Source: a bacterium ADurb.Bin212
GTDB lineage: Bacteria > Patescibacteriota > UBA1384 > XYA2-FULL-43-10
Reading direction: 5' to 3'
Assembly: GCA_002070055.1 (NCBI GenBank)
Contig: MWCM01000006.1
Coordinates: 1-63,506, forward strand
Length of the DNA stretch: 63,506 bases
In this document: positions 55,716 to 62,857 of the stretch, piece by piece
Numbering within the stretch: position 1 is the first letter of the stretch
Layout of the letters: every line of letters begins with the position of its first letter
Position numbers and translations under genes: made by a program
The notes under the pieces: generated by a model
What the model saw: only the letters and a program-made list of their open reading frames with translations
Databases searched by the model: none
Told to the model about the DNA's origin: nothing

Positions 55716-55834
55716 AAAACCCTCTTTTCTTGGTGTAGTTAATTATAACATATTCAGGCAAATTTGTAGAAATGGATTAATCTTGTTTTCGGCGTTTGGT
55801 GGAGCAAATAACCAATCTATGCTAATTTATAAGA

Positions 55835-57154
55835 GTGAAAAATGATTATTTTAATAAAATAGTATATTTAATTGTTGCTCTTTTGCCGCTAGAAAGACTG
55901 CTAACTTTTGATCTATTTGGCTACACCGTTAAGCCGGCATATTTATTGGCAATTATTTATGTTATTTTTGTGGTTTATAAATACTTCAGAAAAACTTTAT
56001 TCCGAAATTTAGTGCCAATAATTATGCAAAAAATTAAGAAAGAAGAGCTATGGACGCTTATCTTAGTCCTTTGGTCATTTTTGTCTTGTTTGTGGTCTTT
56101 GGCGCCAAGACGAACTTTGGTCATGTCTGCTCTATTAGCCTTTATGGTTTTGATGTTTATGCTGTTGCGTCGTAAGCTGGATTTCGAGATGCGCCAAAAG
56201 ATACTACACATAATTACAAACACCGGGATTGCGGTGTCGGTGTTTGCAATTATTCAGTTTTTTCTCGAGCATTATTTTAGTCATAGCGCTGCTTTACTAA
56301 GAGAGCAATATGGTAGCCAGCTCTTTGGTTTTGCCCGCCCCCAAGCCACATTTTTAGAGCCGCTTTATTTGGCAAACTTTTTGCTGTTCCCAATTTTTAT
56401 CGAACTGAATAAAGAATTAAGAATAATGAATAAAGGCGAAAACGGTAATATTCAATATTCAATATTCAATATTCAAATTTTGAAAAGAAATTTAGCTTTG
56501 GTTTTGATGCTAGTAGCGTTTATTGTAACTCTCTCGAGGGGAGCATATTTGGGTTTAACGGTTGGTTTTGTAGCATTTGTGACAACCTTGGCTTTTGTCA
56601 AAGCAATCAATTGGCAGAAACTTGGAGGCATAATTGTTGCCACATTAATATCAATTTTTGTTTCTCTTGTTATAATTTATGCTGTGTCTGGCACAACAGG
56701 TGTAAATAACTTTGTTGGTCACGCCATAAAAACATCAGATCTTGCTCCAACTAATGAGATCGAGGCTTTGCAAAATAGGAGGTTGTCGGGAGAAGTTGCC
56801 TTTCAAAATTTTGTTCAGAATCCTATCTTTGGAAGCGGGCTAGCTTCATTTGGTGCCCTGCCACAGTTCAAAGAGTTGCGAAAAATTGGTGAGTGGCAAA
56901 CGGTTAACAATCAATATCTGGAAATTGCTACCGAACTGGGGCTCGTTGGCCTGTTGCTATTTTTAGCAGTAGTTTATTCAGGTATCAGGTATCAGGTATC
57001 AGGTATTAGAAAGGGAAAATACGATAATATCGTATTTTTGGGCTGGATAGTATCGGTTATAGTGCAGTATTTTACTTTCTCTTCAATATATCTTTTATAT
57101 CTTTGGGTATTTTTGGCGATTATTTGGCCTATAAACGAAGAGAAACAAGCTTAA
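55835..57154 (+). CDS. O-antigen ligase/polymerase family (Wzy/WaaL-like) membrane protein 1, with heptad-repeat insertions
   Basis: About 11 TM helices and the TLSRGAYLG motif. GTG start in the track. Confidence 0.75.
   Translation: MKNDYFNKIVYLIVALLPLERLLTFDLFGYTVKPAYLLAIIYVIFVVYKYFRKTLFRNLVPIIMQKIKKEELWTLILVLWSFLSCLWSLAPRRTLVMSALLAFMVLMFMLLRRKLDFEMRQKILHIITNTGIAVSVFAIIQFFLEHYFSHSAALLREQYGSQLFGFARPQATFLEPLYLANFLLFPIFIELNKELRIMNKGENGNIQYSIFNIQILKRNLALVLMLVAFIVTLSRGAYLGLTVGFVAFVTTLAFVKAINWQKLGGIIVATLISIFVSLVIIYAVSGTTGVNNFVGHAIKTSDLAPTNEIEALQNRRLSGEVAFQNFVQNPIFGSGLASFGALPQFKELRKIGEWQTVNNQYLEIATELGLVGLLLFLAVVYSGIRYQVSGIRKGKYDNIVFLGWIVSVIVQYFTFSSIYLLYLWVFLAIIWPINEEKQA
56407..56483 (+). repeat. 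Eleven consecutive heptads in-frame (GAATAAA family x4, then TATTCAA x4)
   Basis: gaataaa gaattaa gaataat gaataaa ggcgaaa acggtaa tattcaa x4 attttga. Encodes NKELRIMNKGENGNIQYSIFNIQIL. Confidence 0.92.
56981..57008 (+). repeat. Heptad tandem repeat (GGTATCA)x3 plus a variant unit
   Basis: ggtatca ggtatca ggtatca ggtatta. Encodes GIRYQVSGIR. Confidence 0.95.
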
Positions 57155-57156
57155 AG

Positions 57157-58623
57157 CTATTTTGGGCTTGGTACATTAGTTCTTTTTACGACGAATACAC
57201 CATTTTCATTAAAAACCTCTTGATAAGAACGATTGAGGATTAAATTCTCTTTAAAACTTTGCACTTCCTCGGCAGATTTAAACGGCCAGAAATCCAATGT
57301 TGTGCTGAGCACTACATATTCGGGCCAAATTTCGCCGGAGTCGATGAACTTTGGCACATTATAAACTTTATCTCTGCTGGTTAATTGCGGGAAAGCTGAT
57401 TGCACTCCCACCGAGGCGTTGTTTGGTATCAACTTTATTGCTTCTCTGGCTGACATTACCTCCGGATTAACAATATAAAACCCTTTATCGAATAGATTAA
57501 ATAAATCCCTTCCTGGTAATTGATAATTCACATAAATAGTAGCGACAAACATTGCCGTTATTGCAATCTTCACTGATATATCTTTTGATCTTTTGTTTTT
57601 AAACAACTTTGACAAACGGTATAAACCGATGATTGCCGCCACAATCAAAATAGGTGTTTGGTTGGCGGAATAATGCTGCAGAGTAAGCCAGCGCCACTCT
57701 TGGGTATTCAGAAACCTGCCAAGCCAAAGAGGAGATATGAACACAAATATTTCTGGTGCTAGCAGCGACAATCCCGCAAACGGCAGTATTGAATAGATCA
57801 TTGATGTAGTTTTTACTATCGGCGTAAAAAGGTTTTTGAAAAAAAGCAGAGGTTGTTTGATAGAGTTAACAATGGCTTCTGACCATGTTTGACCGAGTTG
57901 CCCGGCGTCTGAGTAGTAATAATGTATTTGGCTCATATTGGGCAAGAAATATTTGGTTATATAGACAAAATAGATGGCACTCAAAATAACAATAATTGAT
58001 CCAAGTAGGTATTTTCTGTAGAAAAACATCAGGTAAAGTCCAAAAAATATTACGATTAACGGCATATCTTCTTTTGTTAGCAATAAAAATGCCAAAGATA
58101 TTAAAAGAGGAGATGTTTTTTTCTCCAATAAGAAATAAAAGGCCCATGCCATTGGCAAAACTGCTAAAACGGAGACGTGAAAGGGGTAGTCTAGAGCGGA
58201 AGCAAAACCGAAATATAAAAAGTATGGAATAAGCCACAAAGAAGCGATCGTTTTGTTGCCAAAATATTTTTTGGCGATAAGGTAAATCGGATAGCCACTT
58301 AAAGCTACCGCTAAAGCTTGTATCACAAGTAAAGTTTGAGGGTGTTTAAACAGGGAGTAAATCGGTATTAAAATCAATAACACAAAATGCGAGTGGTCTC
58401 CCAATAAATTGTAGCCCTTAAGTGGATTAGCACCAAAATCAAAGTTAGACATGCCCCAAAAATGCCTATTATATAGCCCTAAATCCAACACGGGGAAGCG
58501 AAAGTTATAGTAAGATACGAATTCAAATATTAAAAATAGTGCTGTGAAAATTAGGATAATCAACCATGCACAGCGGTTTTCCCAAAAGGTGCGGAATTTA
58601 TATTTTTTGATTTTTTTGGCCAT
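57157..58623 (-). CDS. DUF2079-family polytopic membrane protein (putative GT-C-like)
   Basis: The first loop, FPVLDLGLYNRHFWGMSNFDFGANPLKGYNLLGDHSHFVLLILIP, matches my recollection of DUF2079. 488 aa. Confidence 0.65.
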   Translation of the reverse strand: MAKKIKKYKFRTFWENRCAWLIILIFTALFLIFEFVSYYNFRFPVLDLGLYNRHFWGMSNFDFGANPLKGYNLLGDHSHFVLLILIPIYSLFKHPQTLLVIQALAVALSGYPIYLIAKKYFGNKTIASLWLIPYFLYFGFASALDYPFHVSVLAVLPMAWAFYFLLEKKTSPLLISLAFLLLTKEDMPLIVIFFGLYLMFFYRKYLLGSIIVILSAIYFVYITKYFLPNMSQIHYYYSDAGQLGQTWSEAIVNSIKQPLLFFKNLFTPIVKTTSMIYSILPFAGLSLLAPEIFVFISPLWLGRFLNTQEWRWLTLQHYSANQTPILIVAAIIGLYRLSKLFKNKRSKDISVKIAITAMFVATIYVNYQLPGRDLFNLFDKGFYIVNPEVMSAREAIKLIPNNASVGVQSAFPQLTSRDKVYNVPKFIDSGEIWPEYVVLSTTLDFWPFKSAEEVQSFKENLILNRSYQEVFNENGVFVVKRTNVPSPK

Positions 58624-58688
58624 GTTTACTATCGTTGCTTTATTTAGCTTCAGGCAATATAATTAATATCAGGTTATAAGAGAAATAA

Positions 58689-60074
58689 TTGATTGCAGGC
58701 GTCAAATTGCTTGAAAAGAAAAATGTCAAAATAGTTGGTTATAAAACGTTGGATTTATTACTTGGTCTAACGATATTTTTGATACCGTTCTATTTTATCA
58801 GATTCAAAATTTTGGGCATACCAACCAATATCTTTGAGCTTGGAGTTTTGTTGTTGCTAATAGCTACGCTAATGCAAGCAACAATAACCAAAAAACAATA
58901 TCCAGTTAATAACCAAACTCAAAAAGATCAAAACCACAAAACCTTTAACCATTATTCTTTATTTATAATTCTTTTTTTCTTGTCGTTTCTAATGGGGTCA
59001 TCAAAGGCTGGTTATAGCCTTGATTCATTGGGTATTGTCAAAAGTTACTTTGTTGTGCCAGTGGTATTGGGTTTAGCTATCAGCTATCAGCTATCAGCCT
59101 TTAGGGGACACATAAACCCAAAACCTATAACCCAAAACCTGAAACCTATTTTCTTTGGGTTTTATCTCTCATTGCTAATTGTTTCTCTTTGGGCGATTTT
59201 GCAAAAGTTTGGCATACTTACAACACTTTTCTATCAAGTGGGCGATATATCATTCAACCAATATCTTGGAGACAATTTCCGCGCTTTTGGACCATTTGAG
59301 TCACCAAATTATTTGGCGATGTATATCGTGCCGATTTTGTTTTTAACGATCGGGATAATGCAAAATGCAAAATGCAAAATGCAAAAAATTTGGAAGGTAA
59401 TGTTTAATCTAACTTTGATTTTGCCGTTGATTGCGTTGATCTTTACTAAATCAAGGGCTGGAATTATAGCTTTAGCGGTATCATTGTCACTACTCTTAAT
59501 TTTCTGGATTTACCAAAACCTCAAATCCAAAGCGGGAAAAGTTATTATAATTTCTGGTAGCTTAATTCTGTATTCTGTATTCTTAATTCTAGTTACAAAG
59601 TACGGTTTGCGTCCGGAAACTGATTCTGCCAGATTCGAAATATACTCATATTCATGGCAGATGATCGTCGAAAACCCGATCTTTGGTATCGGTTTGGGCG
59701 GTTTTCAAAACTATTTATCCGCTATACCAATATCTGTTTCATTTAGGGAGATAATACTTCCATATGCTTATCACCCTCACAATCTATACATGTCATTATG
59801 GTTAAATGTTGGTTTGCTGGGGCTAATATCATTTATTGGCATAGTAGTATGTGTTATTGGGCAATATTTTGTAAACAATCCCGGCAAAAAGAGGCTCAAT
59901 AACGCTGGAATTTTTATGATTTTGGCCTTAGTTTCGATTTTAATACATGGTATTTTGGATACCACATATTTCAAAAACGATCTTTCGGCAATTTTTTGGG
60001 TGACAATAGCCTTAATATTAACACAAACCGATTTAAAATTGGCAGGTCGCGCCAGTAGTTTAAGCGATAAATGA
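58689..60074 (+). CDS. O-antigen ligase/polymerase family membrane protein 2, with heptad-repeat insertions
   Basis: About 12 TM helices and the TKSRAGIIAL motif. TTG start in the track. Confidence 0.72.
   Translation: MIAGVKLLEKKNVKIVGYKTLDLLLGLTIFLIPFYFIRFKILGIPTNIFELGVLLLLIATLMQATITKKQYPVNNQTQKDQNHKTFNHYSLFIILFFLSFLMGSSKAGYSLDSLGIVKSYFVVPVVLGLAISYQLSAFRGHINPKPITQNLKPIFFGFYLSLLIVSLWAILQKFGILTTLFYQVGDISFNQYLGDNFRAFGPFESPNYLAMYIVPILFLTIGIMQNAKCKMQKIWKVMFNLTLILPLIALIFTKSRAGIIALAVSLSLLLIFWIYQNLKSKAGKVIIISGSLILYSVFLILVTKYGLRPETDSARFEIYSYSWQMIVENPIFGIGLGGFQNYLSAIPISVSFREIILPYAYHPHNLYMSLWLNVGLLGLISFIGIVVCVIGQYFVNNPGKKRLNNAGIFMILALVSILIHGILDTTYFKNDLSAIFWVTIALILTQTDLKLAGRASSLSDK
59075..59151 (+). 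repeat. Eleven consecutive heptads in-frame (AGCTATC x3, then CCCAAAA/CCTATAA family)
   Basis: agctatc x3 agccttt aggggac acataaa cccaaaa cctataa cccaaaa cctgaaa cctattt. Encodes ISYQLSAFRGHINPKPITQNLKPI. Confidence 0.92.
59357..59384 (+). repeat. Heptad tandem repeat (AATGCAA)x4 in-frame
   Basis: aatgcaa x4. Encodes MQNAKCKMQK. The same unit recurs intergenically at 62691-62704. Confidence 0.95.
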
Positions 60075-61312
60075 AAACTTTATATCAAAAATATTTTCTG
60101 GAACAAAGAGCCGTCATAATTTTCCTGTTTTTATTAATTGCTTTTTTGCCTTTTAGCTCGTGGCTGGTTAGTCTAACCGGAATAACACAGATATCCCTTA
60201 TTCGTGATGTGCTTTTATTCTTAGTATTATTATCTGCCTTGCCTGTGCTACTCCGTAATAAAAAACTAGAACATAAGCCCCAATTTCTAGCTGGATTATT
60301 ATTCGTTGCATGGGCGCTTTTATCTGTAATATGGCGGGAGCCGAGCTTAGAGCAGTGGGTTAGGGGTCTGCGTTTTACCTTGCCACCAATTGTGCTGTTT
60401 TTGATTTTGAGCCAAATCAAAATACCATTAAGGCGTCTTGCCTTTCTGGTAAATGCTGTGTGCTTGGCGGCGATTCTGATTGCTATTACGGCTTTGCTCG
60501 ATGTTTTTAATTCTCCTCTACCCTTAACCACATCTTTATCCGGATCGGGCACTTTGGAAAGTGCTCATTATGTAGGGCTACTTATGATAAAACGTGCGCA
60601 AGGGATAATGGCCGGACCGAATGCACTAGGATTATTCTTGCTACCGGCCTTTGCTATAAGTATAACTTGGCCTAGCAAGTCACTGTGGCCCAAAATACTA
60701 TCATTAGTATTAGCAATGCTTATTGTTTTAACTTTTTCAAGAAGCGCTCTAATAGGTTTGCTGGTAATTGTTTTGTTACTCTTTTGGCAAAAAGCTAAAG
60801 ACAAAATCGGCTCCATAAAAACCATTATCATCTCTTTGGCACTACTGCTTTTGTTGGTTTGCGCCGGCTTTGTAATCAATAAAACAACTTGGGGGAAGCA
60901 GGTAATAAGCCACAACTCCTCAAGCAGCTTGAGACTCGAACAATACCAACGTATTTGGCAACAGAAATATAACATTGGTTTAATCGGCAGGGGCTTGGGT
61001 ACAGCCGGTCCATCTTCAATAAATAGGTTAGATGGGGGAGAGAATCACTGGACGGAGAATGTTTATTTAGATGTTTTTGAGGAGCTAGGGCTTGTTGGTA
61101 CAATAATTTTTATAATATTTATTATTGTTTTGATAGTAAAAACGAGCAAAATTAATAACAATTTAGGTAGAGCTACAAGTCTTGCTTTGTGGGCATTTGC
61201 CATTTCCGGCATTTTTATAAACATTTACACCGGTCAGGCCGGTTTTTGGTATGTAATGCTTTTATTGGGCTTGGCAATAAATACTCAAAATAACAACAAG
61301 GATACAAAATAA
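60071..61312 (+). CDS. O-antigen ligase/polymerase family membrane protein 3
   Basis: ATGA overlap with the upstream gene. About 11 TM helices and the TFSRSALIGL motif. Confidence 0.78.
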   Translation: MKTLYQKYFLEQRAVIIFLFLLIAFLPFSSWLVSLTGITQISLIRDVLLFLVLLSALPVLLRNKKLEHKPQFLAGLLFVAWALLSVIWREPSLEQWVRGLRFTLPPIVLFLILSQIKIPLRRLAFLVNAVCLAAILIAITALLDVFNSPLPLTTSLSGSGTLESAHYVGLLMIKRAQGIMAGPNALGLFLLPAFAISITWPSKSLWPKILSLVLAMLIVLTFSRSALIGLLVIVLLLFWQKAKDKIGSIKTIIISLALLLLLVCAGFVINKTTWGKQVISHNSSSSLRLEQYQRIWQQKYNIGLIGRGLGTAGPSSINRLDGGENHWTENVYLDVFEELGLVGTIIFIIFIIVLIVKTSKINNNLGRATSLALWAFAISGIFINIYTGQAGFWYVMLLLGLAINTQNNNKDTK

Positions 61313-61313
61313 T

Positions 61314-62669
61314 ATGAAAAGAATATTAATTGATGGTAGGTTCATTGGAGTGGGTGATTCGATGACCCGCTACTGTCTGGAAATTGTGAAGGGAATTTTG
61401 GATCAGGACAAAGATAATGAGTATACTTTGTTGATTCGGCCAGAAGGAGAGAAAATTTTGAAGGTGACATCCACAGAAATTCTTCACAGAAAGGGCACAG
61501 AAAGTGTCATTGCGAGGAGCGGTTTTGCGACGTGGCAATCTAATAATCTGACAATAAAAGTTCTGGATATTCCGCATTATTCATTGGGGGAGCAAACGAA
61601 GTTGCTTAGTTATCTAAATAAAGAAAAATTTGATTTAGTGCATTTTATCCAATTCAATCATCCAATTCTGTATAGAGGCAAATATGTTGTCACAATCCAC
61701 GATTTAACGCTTTTTGGGCATTTATATCGCGAAAAACTTCATAAAAAAATCGCATTCGATAAGGTAATGCGTTCGGCAGTTAATAAATCGGCCAAAATCA
61801 TCACCGTATCGGAAACCAGTAAAAATGATATTATAGATAATTATCATGTTGATCCAAATAAAATCGCTGTGACATATTTGGGAGTGGACGGGAAGTACAA
61901 CTGCAGAATTAAGAATGATGAATTAAGAATAAAGCAGTTTAAAGAGAAGCACGGGATTGTGGGGGATTATATTTTATATACTGGGATGTGGAAGAAGCAT
62001 AAAAATTTAATTAGGCTACTAAAAGCCTTCGAAAAGTTTCAAGAAACAAGAAACAATAACCAAACAAATTCTAATTATCAAATCCCAAATATTCAATTGG
62101 TTCTAGTAGGGAAGGTGGATAAAAACGAACCGGAAGTGATAAAAACGATTGAGGAAATTAACAAGCGTTTTTGTCATCCTGAGCGAGCAGAGCGAGTCGA
62201 AGGATCTTCAAACAAAATCAATAACAAAATATCCAATATCCAATATCCAACATCCAATGAAATTTCAAATTCCCAACCTAATAAGCTAAGGCCTAATGCC
62301 TACCTTCCAGTTATTACTACTGGCTTTGTGGAAGAGGAGGAGCTACCTATTTCCTATGCTGGAGCGCTATTTTACGTTATTCCCTCGCTCTCCGAGGGAT
62401 TCGGTCTACCGCCCTTAGAAGCTATGGCCTGTGGCACACCTGTCATTAGTTCAAATATTAGCGCCATGCCGGAGATTTTGGGCGATGCTGCTCTGTATTT
62501 TGACCCCTATGATGTTTGTGATATTGCTGAAAAAATGAGGCAAATGGCAGATAATACTAATCTAAGGGAAGATTACTCCCAAAAAGGATTAGAACAAGCC
62601 GGTAAGTATAGCTGGGAGAATACTGCTAAAAGAACGCTGGTTGTTTATAAGGAGCTGCTTGATAGCTAA
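61314..62669 (+). CDS. GT4-family glycosyltransferase carrying several inserted repeat elements
   Basis: C-terminal [46 protein letters not shown] (E-x7-E). N-terminal RILIDGRF. 451 aa, about 90 aa longer than typical family members (recollection). Confidence 0.88.
   Translation: MKRILIDGRFIGVGDSMTRYCLEIVKGILDQDKDNEYTLLIRPEGEKILKVTSTEILHRKGTESVIARSGFATWQSNNLTIKVLDIPHYSLGEQTKLLSYLNKEKFDLVHFIQFNHPILYRGKYVVTIHDLTLFGHLYREKLHKKIAFDKVMRSAVNKSAKIITVSETSKNDIIDNYHVDPNKIAVTYLGVDGKYNCRIKNDELRIKQFKEKHGIVGDYILYTGMWKKHKNLIRLLKAFEKFQETRNNNQTNSNYQIPNIQLVLVGKVDKNEPEVIKTIEEINKRFCHPERAERVEGSSNKINNKISNIQYPTSNEISNSQPNKLRPNAYLPVITTGFVEEEELPISYAGALFYVIPSLSEGFGLPPLEAMACGTPVISSNISAMPEILGDAALYFDPYDVCDIAEKMRQMADNTNLREDYSQKGLEQAGKYSWENTAKRTLVVYKELLDS
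61506..61548 (+). repeat. Short dispersed element, in-frame coding copy (related to 25477-25513)
   Basis: gtcattgcgaggagcggttttgcgacgtggcaatctaataatc. Encodes [15 protein letters not shown]. The termini ATTGC...GCAAT are inverted. Confidence 0.7.
61905..61932 (+). repeat. Heptad run (AGAATTA family) in-frame
   Basis: agaatta agaatga tgaatta agaataa. Encodes [10 protein letters not shown]. It shares GAATTAAGAATAA with 10488-10500 (reverse complement) and 56414-56426. Confidence 0.88.
62040..62095 (+). repeat. Eight heptads in-frame (CAAGAAA family)
   Basis: caagaaa caagaaa caataac caaacaa attctaa ttatcaa atcccaa atattca. Encodes [18 protein letters not shown]. Confidence 0.88.
62181..62219 (+). 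repeat. Short GC-richer palindrome-ended element in-frame (encodes [12 protein letters not shown])
   Basis: ttgtcatcctgagcgagcagagcgagtcgaaggatcttc. The terminal ATCCT...AGGAT is inverted. I recall similar gtcatcctgagcg...gtcgaaggatc motifs being dispersed in other bacterial genomes, but this is unverified. Confidence 0.5.
62220..62310 (+). repeat. Thirteen consecutive heptads in-frame (ATCCAAT x4 core)
   Basis: aaacaaa atcaata acaaaat atccaat atccaat atccaac atccaat gaaattt caaattc ccaacct aataagc taaggcc taatgcc. Encodes [30 protein letters not shown]. Confidence 0.92.
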
Positions 62670-62690
62670 AGCAATGAACCAAACTTTTAT

Positions 62691-62753
62691 AATGCAAAAT
62701 GCGATATGCGAAATAATGTAAGGAATAAATTAAGGAATTAAAGAATAAAGAAA
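62691..62753. repeat. Intergenic heptad run (AATGCAA family, then AAGGAAT/AAAGAAT)
   Basis: aatgcaa aatgcga tatgcga aataatg taaggaa taaatta aggaatt aaagaat aaagaaa. Confidence 0.85.
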
Positions 62754-62793
62754 TTAGCTACTGCTTTTGGTAATAATTTGTTTTCTAAATGCG

Positions 62794-62835
62794 AAGAGCC
62801 GCCCCTGCCGGTTAAGGCGTGTTGGGGCGGCTCTT
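62794..62835. terminator. 12-bp GC-rich hairpin between convergent genes, exactly at the compositional boundary
   Basis: AAGAGCCGCCCC (62794-62805) pairs with GGGGCGGCTCTT (62824-62835) across an 18-nt loop. Short T-rich stretches follow on both strands. Confidence 0.6.
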
Positions 62836-62857
62836 GTTCTTAGCGCTGTGAGGGGCG

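Noticed and set aside
11711-62310. Heptad runs or the 45-nt-period repeat as CRISPR arrays
   Set aside because: The units are 7 nt with no spacers. The 34-nt repeat has only two copies. No cas genes are present.
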